DNA of 61,382 nt, counting the filler, from Basidioascus undulatus (lineage: Eukaryota), in the NCBI GenBank assembly GCA_000826855.1. It is 4 parts of 4 records of this genome, joined end to end, with 100 filler letters (N's around TTAATTAATTAA, not from the genome) between each part and the next. Parts side by side here need not be neighbours in the genome. Positions count along the whole stretch, not along the records: positions 46,138 to 61,382 come from JTLS01000653.1; 3 more parts are not named here. One strand, given 5' to 3'. Positions 48,501 to 61,382 of the stretch are shown piece by piece; position 1 is the stretch's first letter; the number at the start of each line of letters is the position of its first letter. Made by a program: the position numbers and the translations under genes. Under the pieces are notes generated by a model. The model had not been told where the DNA came from. It saw only the letters and a list, made by a program, of their open reading frames with translations, and made no database searches.

Positions 48501-51396
48501 ATGCACGTCGTCGGCCTCCTCTCCGGCGGAAAAGACAGTGTCTACAACCTCCTGCACTGCGTGAAGCAGGGGCATGAGCCCATCGCGCTCGCGACGCTCA
48601 GCCCGCCCGAGGGCGTCTCCGAGCTCGACAGCTACATGTACCAGGTACTCCCCTCCGGCTTCCCGCTATCCGCTCCCTTCCCCTGCTCTTCCGTCTGACT
48701 TCCCTTGCGAAGACCGTTGGCCAAGACGCAGTGCACCTCGTCGCCGCGGCGCTGGATCTTCCGCTCCACCGAAGGACGATCACGGGCAAGGCCGTCGAGC
48801 TCGGGTCGGAGTACGGGTCGCGCGCGCCGGGGGGGCAGGGCGGGGCGCGCGGGATCGCGGGCGACGAGACGGAGGACTTGTTTGAGCTTTTGTCGGCGGT
48901 CAAGGTCCGGCCCTCCCTCTCCTCTCTTCTCGTCCCTTTTTCTGCTCCTACTGAATCGAGAACCCACCTAGGCCGCCCACCCAACCATCACCGCGCTCTC
49001 CGTCGGGGCGATACTCTCCTCCTACCAGCGCGCGCGGGTCGAGCACGTCTGCGCGCGCCTGGGGCTCACGCCCCTCTCGTACCTCTGGCAGCGCGACCAG
49101 TCGGCGCTGCTGGCGGAGATGGTCGGCGCGGGGCTCGAGGCGGTGCTAATCAAGGTTGCGGGCGTGGGCTTGGAGCCGGACCGGCACCTCGGCAAGACGC
49201 TCGGGCAGATGCAGGGGACGCTGAAGAAGCTGGTAGGTCTTTGGGAGGAAGGGGTTGGATATTGTGGGAGCTGATGAGGAGGGAGGGGATAGAACAGCAT
49301 ATACGGGAGCCATGTGTGTGGGGAGGGAGGAGAGTACGAGACTCTCACGCTCGACTGTCCGCTCTTCAAGAAGCGTATTGTCTTGTTCGTGTGCCTCCGC
49401 TTCCACCGCCCTCCCGTTTCCCTCTCTCTATTCCGATAACTCACACATACGTCACTCCCTCCGCAGCGACGAGACCGAAATCGTCCTACACGACCCCTCC
49501 CCGATGGCGCCCGTCGCGTACCTGCGCATCAAGCGCGCGCACCTGGAAGACAAGTCCGTCTCCCCCCCCGCGGCGGAGGAGATCGACGTTGCTGTCCCTT
49601 CAGTGCTGGATGAGGAGGGCGAGGTGATGCTGGAAGAGCTGAAGGTCGTTGCGACTGGGACGGGGGAGGCGAGCGGTCCCGGCCCGAGGGAGGAAGGCCT
49701 CGGTGCCGCTGAGGTCACGATTGGGCAGAGGGGCGACTGGGTCGCGGTGGGGAATGTTACAGCTTTCAACGGGCCCACGTCCGCTCCTCCGTCCGGCTAC
49801 CCGACCCTCGCCGAAGAGCTCACAGCAGCGTTCCACTCGCTCTCCTGTTCGTCCTCTCCCTCCCTCTCACCGCGTTCAACCTCTCACCTTTCCTCCTTCT
49901 CTAGACCACCTCGCCAACCATTCGCTCTCCCTCCCGCACAACACCCTCTCCCTCACGCTCCTCCTCTCCTCCATCTCTTCCTTCGCCGCCGCCAACGCCG
50001 CGTACGCCTCCTTCTTCGGCACCGCCCCGCCCGCGCGCGCGTGCGTCACCGCGCGCCTCCCCGCAGGCGAGCGTGTCCGCCTCGCCGTCCTCGCGCGTGC
50101 GGACCCGCGGGCGGGAGACCTCGCGCGCAAGAGCCTGCATGTCCAGGGCCTGAGCTACTGGGCTCCTGCGAACATCGGGCCTTACTCGCAAGCTATCAGC
50201 GTATGTCTTCTTTTCACTTTTCCTTCCTGGTTTCATTTTCCGCAAGCCTTCTGACCGTCTTCGCACACCGAGCGATAGATCGCCAACCGCCACTTCATCT
50301 CCGGCCAAATTGGCCTTCTCCCGCCTACGCTCGCCCTACCCTCCCCGCCCAACCTCGCTCTTGAGGCCGCCCTCAGCCTGCAGCACGTCCGCCGTGTGGC
50401 AGCTGCGATAGCTTCCCCGGACAGCGCATGGCCCGAGTCTTGCGTGTGCTGGGTGGACTCTTCCGCGGCGTTCCCCGTCGCGCGCAGAGCATGGGAAGCT
50501 TTCGTGCGTGTCCTTCCCTTCCTTCCACGGGGCCTGCCCGAACAAGATCTGACGTGCCGACATTGGGTGCGGGCAGGTGAACGTGCGCTCGACCGCCGCT
50601 CGCCCACCGCCATTCCTGCTCGTCGCTACGCCCGAGCTACCAAAGGGCGCTCAGATCGAGTGGCAAACCGCGTGGCACTCCGGCGAGCCCGTTCGAGCTT
50701 TGGATGACGCGGACGAAGACGACGAAGAAGAGGAGGCCGACACGGGGCTGCCGGTTGTTTCCACCGGTACGACACCCGCTCGAGCTGCCGCTTTCCCTGC
50801 GTTCTGAACTGACCGCGCGTCGAAACTTGCTTTGGACCCATTTGGAAGGATCAACCCCCGATGCGCAATTCCATACGCTCGAGTACAACGCCGGCGAAGC
50901 GTTGCAGGCTCTCGTCCTTCTTCGCACCGCCGGTGCGTCCCCCAGACCCCTTCTACCTCTCATCCACCCTCTTTCTTTTAAATCGATGCCGGCTTACTCA
51001 CGACCTGCGACGTCCAAACACCCGTCTTCTCCTTCAGAACCCGCGCCGCTGCGATCCCTTCTCCGCTTGAACGCTGCGCTCGAGCGTTTGACGAACTCTG
51101 CTTTCTCGCTTGAGGTCTTCCACACCGCTGCCGTATCGCAGCAGAGTGGTAAGCCTTCTGTTTTTTCCTGCATTCACTTCACCTTCGCCATTTTGACTGA
51201 CGCTCGCACCTTATCTCAATCCTCTTCCTCCCCTTTGCACACAGTGCTCGACCTTGCGCACTCCATCCACGCCTCCGCAGACGCAGGTGATAGCAGCAAG
51301 TCAGGTATCGCCATCACGCCTGTACCGGTCGATGCACTGGGGTCAGAGCCCGAGTCTGAGTGGACTGTTGCGCTCCTTTACCTCGGTGCTGCATGA
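48501..51396 (+). CDS. DPH6: Diphthine--ammonia ligase with C-terminal YjgF/RidA-like domains
   Basis: VVGLLSGGKDS, ELDSYMYQTVG, GDETEDL, GAILSSYQRARVEHVC, LSYLWQR, HVCGEGGEYETLTLDCPLFK, LHVQGLSYWAPANIGPYSQA, LPKGAQIEWQ. Confidence 0.95.
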
Positions 51397-51804
51397 ATGC
51401 ATTTTTTGCGGCGCCTTGCGTTGCATTGGTTGATTGATAACGAGCTCAAAAAAGGGATCGCGTTGAACGAACAGTCCGAACTTGAGTCAATACTCGTTAT
51501 TCTTTCCTAGCAGAACATGCTCGTCTCGCCAATCTGTGGGAAATGAGGGACGCTTCCGGAAACGTGAAGAACTGTGTTGGAAACGAGTGAGATCACCGGT
51601 CCGATAGTCTCCCCTCGAGCTGAAAGCCACCGACCTTCCACAGAAAATTTCACACTCAAGTTACTCCCCAAAGAGAGAATTCGGAGACCAGACAATACTA
51701 CTCCCACCCTACAGCTCGAGAAGCCCGTCGATTCGAGGCAACAGTCGATGCTGCGCTACTGTGCGACCCGGGCGTCCCACTATTCTCATATCTCGGCCCG
51801 GCCC

Positions 51805-53221
51805 ATGTCACCACCGCATCCGACCTCCTCCTCTATACCGAACACTCTTGCTGAATGGCGCCGAAGCCCTCAAGTCGGTGATGCCTTGCTTCGTCCGTGG
51901 AATGCGTTCGTGTTGCCCAGCCCGACATCGTCAAATGCGGCTAAACGTATCCCGCCGGGTCAGCCTCCGCCCATTCTTCGAAGAGCGCGGATACAGGCTG
52001 TTCCAGACCCGTCCAGAAACGCCTGGTGAAGCTAGCTTGCCGAGCGTCTACCCGCCTGGAGATGCGACTTCTTCCGTGGGCGTCCCAACGCACCGCGAGC
52101 CGTGGCCATATTATACCATTGGGCGCTGGGGACCTTTTGATGGAATGTTCAATCAGACAGTGAGCACTGAATGTGTTGCTCCTGACAGCATCAACCCATT
52201 ACTGAAGCGAGCTCCACAGCGAATGTCGACCTTCCCCGCGCTCAACGCCTCCTCCGACTCGGCCCTGATCAAAGTGGTCCGACAGGGACACTCTTCCGGC
52301 GTTGGGCCGGGCGCACACGAGCTTGAAATTCTCACCTTTCTCAACTCCGAGCCTGAAAGGTCGGATCAGCGAAACCACGCTATACACGTGCTCGAGACGC
52401 TCGAGGATGAGGGGGGCGACCGGACGTTCGCGGTGATGCCGCTGTGGGCGGGTAATGCCGGGATGTGGCCTTGGTGGGCGAGTGTGGATGAAGTACTTGA
52501 TTTTTGGACACAGTTGCTGGAGGTGCGTCCAAATTTCCAATCAAACACTGTAACTGGCTCACTGACAGTTGCATTCCCCCAGTGCCTGGCTTTCCTGCAC
52601 TCTCGCCGTATAGCTCATCAAGTAGCGCTTGCTTCTCTGCTTTCTTTGACGCAGACAGACCGTCTTACCCCCAGATTCTTCCAGGACATCGACATATCCA
52701 ACATTGTCCTCAACCACGGGGGCCCACGTCCCTCGCCCCCTTCCTCTACGCCCTCCCAACCCGCCGCCTTTCGCTCGACTTTCCCAGCGCGCTATGCGCT
52801 TATCGACTTTGGGCTCAGCGTACGATACGAGCCCTCCGAAACCCCTCGGTCAACAGTTGTTACAGATAGGGAGAGCAATCACGCCCCCGAAGTGTCCGAC
52901 GCACGTCCATACGACCCGTTCTCCGCAGACGTGTTCGCAGCAGGTCGGGTGCTACAGACCAACTTCGAGGCAAGTAGACGGCCTTTTATCATTTCCATTT
53001 ACCGGCCTTGGACTCACGATATAATAAGCAACTAGTCATTATTTTTAGACTTCCCCGAACTGGAGCACATTGTGGTGGTCGGGATGTTGCAGCACGACCC
53101 GGAGCAGCGCGCCACAGCCACGAGTGCGTTGAGGCAGCTGGGCGATTTTCGGACTTCTCTTACGCCAAAACAACTTGCGGCTGTACCGGTACCAAGGGGA
53201 GGAGCACAGAGGGAGCCGTGA
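51805..53221 (+). CDS. Protein kinase-like protein of the basidiomycete-expanded AgaK1-like type
   Basis: LRPFFEERGYRL, ALIKVV, ELEILTFLNS, DQRNHAIHVL, LAFLHSRRIAHQDI..SNI, YALIDFGLS, APEV, YDPFSADVF, DPEQR. Last intron is GC-AG (52970-53035). Confidence 0.88.
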
Positions 53222-53582
53222 TTTCCCGTGACATAAGAAACGGCTGCCCGAATGCGATGTGCGCCAGGGTGGCATCGTGATGTCCCTTTAAAGCGGTTCT
53301 GCTGGAAGTCTTTTCACTGTTCCTGCCGAGATGGACCTTTCTATTCTCAGAAATCATCCGGTTAAACTTGCGATAGAGGGATTGGCTGAGCAGAGCTCAA
53401 GCATGCGAAATGCCCTGGGTCAGAGTCACGACAGAAAGCGAGATAGACAGTGGAAGTGCAGATGAATTGTGTAACAAGCGAATATGAGGGAAAAGTACAC
53501 ATAAAGACAAAAATGACACAGAAGAAGTGTTCGCACAGTCGCAGCGCGTGTTCCAAGACCAGTGCAGATTCGCCATCCACCG

Positions 53583-56136
53583 TCAACTCCATCCCGCACG
53601 GTCCTCCGCCTCCTCATACTCTCCCAAACCCAGCCACACGACCCTCCAGTCGCCGACGAGCTTACACGCGCATGCATACATGCCCAGCGTGTCCCTCGGG
53701 CGTGCATGAGCTGCAAACGGCGCGACGGGTCGTGGGTTGGCGGGCAGGTCGCTCGCGCTGCTGGCGTTCGACAGCGCCGACTTGAACGGCCCGAGACCGC
53801 GGCTACCGTCATCGTCTGCGCAAATTGCTTCAGAGCCGTGAGCGTTCCACCTGCCGCCAGGGCAAAGGTACGCGGTCTGTGAGCCGTACGCGCTCGTGCC
53901 GGGCTCCTCCGCCCCGGGCGTCGAGACGCGGATGAGGCGAGGATACTCGTCCGTCGCCGTCGTCGGCGACTGCGAGAGGGGAGACGGAGCGCTCGAAAGG
54001 GGCTTGAAGGCCTGCTCGCGCGCCTCGAAGCCGTCCTCGGTAAATGCTGTGGCGGTGAGGACGAGCGTCTCGCCATCGTCGGCAGTGTGCACCCGTGGGA
54101 CGACGTCCGTGGGCGGGATGGCCCAGCTAAAGACGTGCACGGCTGCGTTGGTCAGATGTCGGGCGGGCAAGGGCGAGAGGACGACCCATGTGTGCTGGCC
54201 GCGCGTGAGGAGGAACAGTGAGCTCGGCAGCGGCGGCGTGGTCGGCGGGCCGCTGCCCAGCGGTATCGCGACCTCCCGGCACGGCAGCCACGCGTTCTCC
54301 GGTGGCCCGTCGACGAGCGAGGAGGTCGAGAGTCGATGGTGATGGTGGTGGTGGTGCGTCAGGCTGCGGTGACTGGAGGAGGACGACGAGTGGTGGTGTG
54401 TCGCAACGGGCGGTGCGTCCAGCTCCGTCACGACGCTGTCGGCTACGCGGCAGATGACGGCTTTCGAACCAAACGAGATGAAAAGGCTGAGCTGCGCCTC
54501 GGCCGGTCGCGAAGACGGGTTGAATATAGACCGCCGGCTTGACGTGGTAGAGGTTTGCGGGGCTGCTGGGGATGGAGGCGGAGGGAGATGCTGCACGAAG
54601 CTGATCGAGCGAGCGGGAAAGGGTGTATAGAACTCCTGCTCTTGCACCCAAATTGTAAGCTTCCGCAGACGACCTGGATACCACAGCCCAACGCCAGTGC
54701 GGACCTTGTCGAACTGGAAACTCTTCCGCCCTTCCTTCAGCTCGTACAAAAGCACCGTCGCTTTCGTGGCCACCGCTAGTCGGATCATCTCCCTCGACCC
54801 GCGCTCGCGCGTCCGGTGCGTCTCGAACAAGATCACGCTCCCGGCCTGCGCGAGCTTGCTCCCCGGCGCGGCGAGCGGGACGTAGTCGGACGCCCACGCG
54901 ACGGGCAGCGACGCCTCGACGAGGGACCACGTCGATTCGTCGTCGCTGGACGTCGCGGGCGCCATGGGGGACGGCGGCCGCAGGTGGGTCGTGGATGAGG
55001 AGGAGGTGCCGGCGGAAGAGGAGGCCGTGTAAGGTGTGACGTGGGACGAGGAGGGAGCGTAAGAGTCGTAGAAGAGGCTGCGGATGCCAGCGCGGAAACC
55101 CGAGTGCCCCCGCTTGTGCGTCGCTGAGCGCGGGGGCGTCGTTGAGGTGCTTGGCCAAGACGAGTGCGCTAGGTCGAGCGGCGGAACGTCTTGGTGCGTT
55201 GCCCATCTCGCAAGCTGGATCAGTGAGGAGAGGGTGTCTGTAGGCGCGCAAATCGCAGAATGTCATCAGCCAGACGTTCGGTTTGGGTGGGTCTACTCGT
55301 GACGCACATATTCGGAGTTCCTTTGTGCCGGGTTCACCTGGTGTTCGGCCGGTATCGACCCCGACAAGCGCGAGCACGAGTCCGTCCTCGCCGCCCGAGA
55401 GCATCTCGAGCGCACACACGCCGAGCCCCGTCCAGATGGCGCGGCCGCGAGCGTCGCCGAGACCGCCGTCTACGCCGTTAGCGCTGCGCAGAGCGGACGA
55501 GCCCGAAAGGAAGGGGACGAGGTCAAGGACGTGGAGTGAAGTGACTGTTCCGAGAAGAAGGAAGCGCGCGCCGCCGTCTGATACGGGGAGTGCGCACAGG
55601 GGGCGGGAAGGAGTGCTGAGTGCCTCGTAGCGTCAGCCAAAGTACCGGCGTTTGAGGATCAAGGCTGTATAGCGGACGCACTCCGAGATGAACCGCGATC
55701 CTAGGGGAAGCAGGGTCATTGCTGTTGGAAGCAGCCTGACCTGGTGCGGCCTAGCCATGGACGGGCTCGTGGACGGGAGCTGGCCCCTACTGAGCACCTC
55801 CCTCTCGTCGCCGTACTCCCTCTCCTCTCCGTCACCCACGCCATCTCCCCACCCCGTCCGTACCCCGCTTCCAGCACTGTTCTCTCCGCTCTCTCGCACG
55901 CGCTTCTCCACCCATGTCTTCCATCTGCCCCAGCGCGAGTTTCCGCGCGCCTCCTCGGCCGCAGCGAGATCCGCGTACGTGGGCGGAGCGTTATCGTCGG
56001 TTGGAGGGAGGAGTGGGGCGTCGGAGGAGATCGTGTGATGTGAAGAAGCCGTCGCGTACGTGCTCGAGTCGTATGTGAAAGGATTATCTGTTGGAGGCGA
56101 GCGTAGCGTTGCCGACGAGGAAGATGAAGAGGTCAT
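53583..56136 (-). CDS. Conserved-looking hypothetical protein, CNH-like beta-propeller with low-complexity inserts
   Basis: Long spliced frames: PPTY and RWGRWKTWVEKR, GSRFISE, IWTGLGVCALEML, IRLAVATKATVLLYE, KEFYTP, KLVGDWRVVWLG; His-rich insert. Domain call is an impression only. Confidence 0.65.
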
Positions 56137-57132
56137 GTCGAGTAGTGAGAGGAGCTGGCCTGCAGCTCGCTTCGGCGTGTCTGATCCACGCCGCCGCAGC
56201 AAGAAGTCAGTATCGTTCGATGAAACGCGAGAGTTCGATATTGAGCGAAGATGGTAGAAGAGGTGAGAGTTGTTTATGTGGAAGCGCGGAGGCAAGGCCA
56301 TGACAGGCCAAGCAACTTCGGCCACGGTCCGAAACGCACAGCCTTAAACCAGTGCTGATTTCGCTCGAGGCCCGCATACCGAGGAATACAGAACCTGGTG
56401 CGTCCAGAGTGATTCCGCCAGGGCTCGAGAGTCTCGCAGCCTGGACGAGAGTGAAGCACAAGCTCGCATGCATGCTGCAGAGCGCAGAGCTGACTGCGAA
56501 TGCGAAGGAGGCAGCTGTCGATGCGTTGGAGGAGGAGGTCAAAAGGGAGATTTCCACCTCCTTTCACGACAAAGGCCGGAAGGAGATCGTCAAGGCACTG
56601 GACCAGTTTTGGGAACAGTTGCACGAGCTGCCGGCGAAGATTGAGTTGGAATAACGGCCAGCTTTTGGGAATGCCTCAAATCTGTGAGACACGTGGGCTC
56701 GAGTGGGAACACCCACTCGATCCACGAGTCCGACTTGATCATGCGTTTTGGACCTCGACGAGCAGGAGCTCTCGCAGGGTCAAGCTTGCCGAGCTACGCC
56801 ATGTATCCTCGATAAAGCCTCAAAAACTTCAAAAGAAACTATCATTCTAATGAGTAGATTAGAATGACTGGCACAATATGCAGCACACGACAGCCAGTTG
56901 AGCCAGGAGATGTGAAGCCATAGGTCTAAGTACTGCAAATAGGTACAAACGAGGCCGCCAGGTACCGACGGCTCAATCCAACGCGATCGCATAAACGCAC
57001 TCTCCTCCCAACACTCATCATCAACATCCACTGCCCATAAACCAAAGCTGGTGTCTCGTGCAACTGTCAGTATCGCGAAATCTTTATCCACCGAGGGTCT
57101 CGCGCAGGTTCGGTAGACACGGTGCGTTGCAA

Positions 57133-57783
57133 CTACCCGCGGGCATGCAGGCCGGGGCGACAAAGCTCATGCGGGCACTGTGTGCAGTGGTCGTTGTAGA
57201 GCGAGTCATAGAATGTTGTGCCGAAGAAGACATGGGGGACAGAGTGCGGATTCTCAGTCTTTGATGTGGGAGTGTGAAAGAGGTAGTGCGAGATGTTCTC
57301 GTGTGCATGCGACATGTTGTACTTGTCTATTGCGTGGATGAGGTTGACCCACTTGGACGGGTTGCAAAGGAACAGTGTGAAGTTACTGTCCGTCTTCGAA
57401 AAGCTCCCAGATAGATGAAGCGAAGCAGAGTGTCGATGATGAGGGCTGTCTCCGTGAGGGGAACAGCGGGCGGAGGTGCAGGTGCGAGATGTTCAATCGA
57501 GGAGGACGGGGGTCGACATCGACGGGGTTCGGGGGAAGGGATCGAAAACATGTCGAAGACGGGCGAGGCAGCACGCAGGTATTTGCGATGTACCTGCGGC
57601 CGGACTGCTATGAGCGACTCCCATGTATCTTCAGCAGGGGACGTCAGGGCTCACATTGAACGTGAAAACATCTGACGACACGAGGAGGAGGTCGGCGTCT
57701 TCCGCACGGTACTTCTCGTGGACCTTGGGCACATTAGGCAGCCCCTTCTTCGCTGGACTCGGAAGGGCGCTTCGAAGCGACAT
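57133..57783 (-). pseudogene. BTB/POZ-domain protein, frameshifted
   Basis: DADLLLVSSDVFTFNVHRKYLRAASPVFDMFSIP...VPLTETALIIDTLLRFIY, then a frameshift before LIHAIDKYNM. Confidence 0.8.
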
Positions 57784-60512
57784 ATTCGAAAGAGTCGGCG
57801 TGACCGCGCAAAAAATTTGACGCAAGTGAGCGCTATTGAGTCAGTAAGGATGCGGTGAAGCTGGTCGAAGGGGTTGATTGAGGGCGACAAGAGACAAGGG
57901 GCGAAGAGGGTGCTTGTCGCATGTTGCGTCCAGTCGTGTCTGTGGCTGCGGCACAACCGCGGACGAACGCTGGACGAAGCCCCACTTGCCCTTGCAGCTT
58001 GCCTTGCAAGAAATGGCTGCTGCGACTGTAAGAAAGTAGTGGGGGCCCTCTCGAGAAATTGTGCCTCAGACCAGTGATGCTCAAATGATGCCCATCGACT
58101 GAGCACGGCGCTTGTGAGAATACGGCGAACACATCCCCTTCACACAACGCATCCCCTTCATAAAAGTAGACAGACCTTGCCATGAATGTACTTAAGCGAG
58201 GAGGATATGCAAGGCCTCAGATTATCAAGCGTGAGGAAGCCACTTGAGGGCCTTGGCCAGGAGTGCGTTGAGTGCGAGGCTCGACCCGAGTAAGATGTTG
58301 CAGCAGTCCAGCAGGTTCACCCCTGCACGGCTTTGAAATCGCCTGCCTGCGTGCAAGTTTGTCTCAAAAAGCCAGTAGACACAGTGCATTCTAACTCCAA
58401 GCGGCCAAGTCTCTGTAACTATACTGCCAGAGATCATCAAGCCGACCTTAACTCGCAGTGACTGCTCTTATCCCTTCCCCGAGTCACAGATGGCCGCAAG
58501 TATCTCGGTCTGCCCGGCCTAAAGAGTATGTCATCCAGCTTGCTTCTTTTAGAACTCCATACCTGAGATCTCTGTGGAACGTGGGCAGCATATGACCCAA
58601 TCCCTCCTGCGGCGTAAGCACGCTCGCTCATTGCTGCAGTGTGTGCCAACGCATGCTAGTCGCTCGTGTTGGCTTGCTAGCAGGCCTCGTGTCAATCTGA
58701 ACATAATTTCCATTATTTTCACTTCTGCATGACTAGGGCTCTGACAAGTCCACTAAAGAAAGCACAGACGATTACACACTTGCGCCAGCCTTAATTGGGG
58801 CTCGTCCAAAACCATCTTCTCCAGGTTGCCACCGCTTCTCGGCTCGGTCTTGTTTACATTTCCAGGTGTAGGAGGGACTGCAACAAAATTTTGCGACTGA
58901 AAGTACCCCCAGATTGGAGGCGGCCGTCGGCGGGTTTTCAGTAGTAGTCAACTAGCCGACACGGCGATCGAAGGTGCCGACTTGGCTGTCAATAGCCAAG
59001 CGAACCGGTCCGATACATCGAGTTCGTGTTATCCTCATGACTGGGTGTCTGCTTGGGTCAAGCAATACAGACCAACAAATGAGCAGCGTATTCCTCGGCG
59101 AAGCCGGGAGAGGAAGAAGAAAAGCTAGCTTCGAGGTAATCTCGATTCGACTATGGCAAATTTTACAGCATTGTCCCGTATTAACCCACAAGGATTGATT
59201 CATGTATGTCGGTCGTTGTTTTAACGGACGTTCGCGAGTAGCTGCGACCCACTTGAAGCCTGCATGGATGTGCCCTCAGTTCCTCATTACACACTGAAGT
59301 GCACAGCGCTGGCAGGCAGTCGGTGCAGTCGTAGTTGGTCGTAGGCTGTCGTCGCCAGCGCCTACAGCAAGATGGGAAGAAAGCTTGAAGAAGGAAACGT
59401 GTCAAGGCACATCCCGACTCCGCTCGCTCCCCGGTGCGCAGCAGATCGGAATCGCTTTAATTCGAGCGAGCGGGTATAGTATCAAACATGTCCATCACGG
59501 GGGCACGAAGCTCCTTGGCAGGAGTTGCTGCACATGCTACACTTCTCGCCGCGACTGCTCGAAATGGATCAGAAGCCGCTTGCAGATGTGAAAACACTGG
59601 CAAGGTATATCGTTGCCGTCGAGAAAAGGGCGTTGCAAAGGATCTGTGCCAAAATGTCGCTCATCTTGCAGCACACGTGCACGAGCCCCGGGACTGCTAA
59701 TCTTAGTGTAAAGTCAATTCATAATCCAAGCTCGATAGCGTGCCGATAGCGGCATCTCGAGTGCTTGTCAGCAGCGGAGTGACAGCTTTCCAGTCGGCGG
59801 CCATCCCAGCCTTGAGGCAATATAGTTGAAAGGAAGGAACAGGTCTTCTTGAGGCTGAAAGCTGTATTTTGTGTTGGCGGTGCAGTCCGACATGGCCTCG
59901 CGGCGTTCGGAGGCGGGTGCGGCGTTTTGAAACGGGGGGTGTGGGCTGTCATAGAGTCCGACTGATGAACTGTCTGTCGTTGTCGGTCCGCTGCGAGCGC
60001 CCGCCATGGCCTCCATCCAACCCCTGGCGCACTCTGGTCTGGTCTGCTACTCTCCTTCACCATCCTCCTCTTCCTCGCCATCCTCGTTTCTCTTTGTTTT
60101 TTCTCCTTTTCCTCCGCGTCTCCCCATCCGTTCGACGCCCTAATTCACCCCCGACGCCCGCCGCACACCGACTCGCCTACCCGGCACACACACTCGCTTG
60201 CTCGCAACCGCACAATCATCCATCTCCGACCCCGTGCTCGCTCGCTCGCTCGCACGACTCGCCTTTCCCTTCCGGCAAGGATATCCGCACACACACACAC
60301 AACGCCTTGTTGCAATCCGCATTGTACTACCGCTTGATATAAACCTGCGTGAGTAACCTGGGGTCTGACAGTGTCGTTTGTGCGAGATCGAAACGCGAAA
60401 CGCTGACTGACTCGCAAACCCTGCTCTTCAGCGTAATCGTCGACGGACAACCCTCTGCACCTGTTTTCTGTACACCACCACCGCATCCATCTTCTACCGA
60501 CTGCACCCCACG

Positions 60513-61382
60513 ATGACCACCCCCCTCCGCACGCCATACGCGCCCGACCCCGGCTACCCGGACGTCGAGCCCCAGTCGTACCAGCAGCACCTCCGCACCC
60601 ACGCTGAGAAGGCGAAGGACAGGATGACCAAGGACTCCCGGGATAGCGCCTACAAAGTGTAAGTCCATCCTCTCTGTCCATCCGCGACCTCAGCGCGAAG
60701 GCGGGCGGGCTGGAAGGGGACAGGGGCAGGCAGGGGCGTCAGGGCGGCAGGGCGGCGGCATGCCTCGGTTGGGAACAGCTGCATATTCGTGGTCGGCCGC
60801 GGATGTGCGTTCGGCGGATCAGGCACGCGCTCGTGATCGCGTTCGTCTGAGCCAGGTGGATCCCTTGCAACGAGACTCGCCGCTACAGCCTGCACGGAGC
60901 TCAGCCGCCGCTCCCTTCTCACTTTCCTCCTCTATTCACGCCTCTCTTCCACTTTCACACACCTGCATGAACAACACTCATTCAACTGACCTCACACTTC
61001 TTGCTTTCTCACAAACAGATACGACACGTACTTTGAGCGCAAATCCGCCTTCTACCCCGCGTCCGCCATCCCGCCCGATCCCGACGCCTCGCGCGACTCG
61101 CAAGCCTTCACAGGCCTCGGCAACCTCATGCTCGGCAACGGGCCCGACTCAGAGCCGCAAGGCAACCAGCGCCTCTCGGTGCACGAGACGATCTCGTTCG
61201 GCGCGGGCTCGGGCGAAGTGACCAAGACGGAGCGGGGCATGCGCGGCGCTGCCCCGCCCGTCCGCCCCATCATCGGCCTGCCGTCCCACCCCGCCCAGCA
61301 AAGTCATCTGCCCACGCGCGCGGCCGGCCCGCCAACCGCAGGCGCGAACGTGTCGTTCGCACCCGACCCGCGAATCATCGGC
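60513..61382 (+). CDS. Hypothetical Pro-rich protein, 5' part (runs off the window)
   Basis: MTTPLRTPYAPDPGYP...DSRDSAYKV, a GTAAGT intron of about 360 nt, then YDTYFERKSAFYP... open to the end. Likely 5'UTR intron at about 60349-60431. Confidence 0.6.

Noticed and set aside
56352..56654. 100-aa helical ORF divergent from the CNH-like gene
   Set aside because: GTG start, no recognisable family or exon context; possibly a gene remnant but unsupported.
58200..59750. Short ORFs in intergenic DNA
   Set aside because: No motifs, splice structure or codon bias that I could support.

Overview
Eukaryotic, intron-rich, GC-rich fungal DNA. The GTGCGT/GTACGT/GTCCGT/GTTCGT donors, short introns, micro-exons and gene content suggest a basidiomycete, probably a Pucciniomycotina yeast (inference). 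The window is not one locus. It is four contigs (1-15297, 15398-30669, 30770-46037, 46138-61382) joined by artificial N-TTAATTAATTAA-N spacers, and one carries a leftover Illumina adapter. Intact genes: NAD(P)HX dehydratase, AzgA purine permease, Dnm1, TLDc/Oxr1, an NmrA-like protein, an SDR, a carboxylesterase, Whi2, Dph6, an AgaK1-type kinase and several hypothetical genes. Nup120/160 and a possible INCENP are truncated at contig ends. Between genes lie many relics: a mitochondrial-type nad1 fragment, GH43, possibly GH35, F-box and BTB pseudogenes, and a CpG-eroded tyrosine-recombinase retrotransposon. The three best leads are: (1) a NAD(P)HX dehydratase with a presequence-like N-terminal extension, a second in-frame ATG and a splice-dependent PTS1 (-AKL); (2) a nad1 relic with unusually GC-rich synonymous positions; (3) an ATG-poor, spliced-looking, hairpin-rich unit at about 22.8-23.7 kb that may be a non-coding RNA gene. 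Exon structures were inferred by eye and no searches were run.
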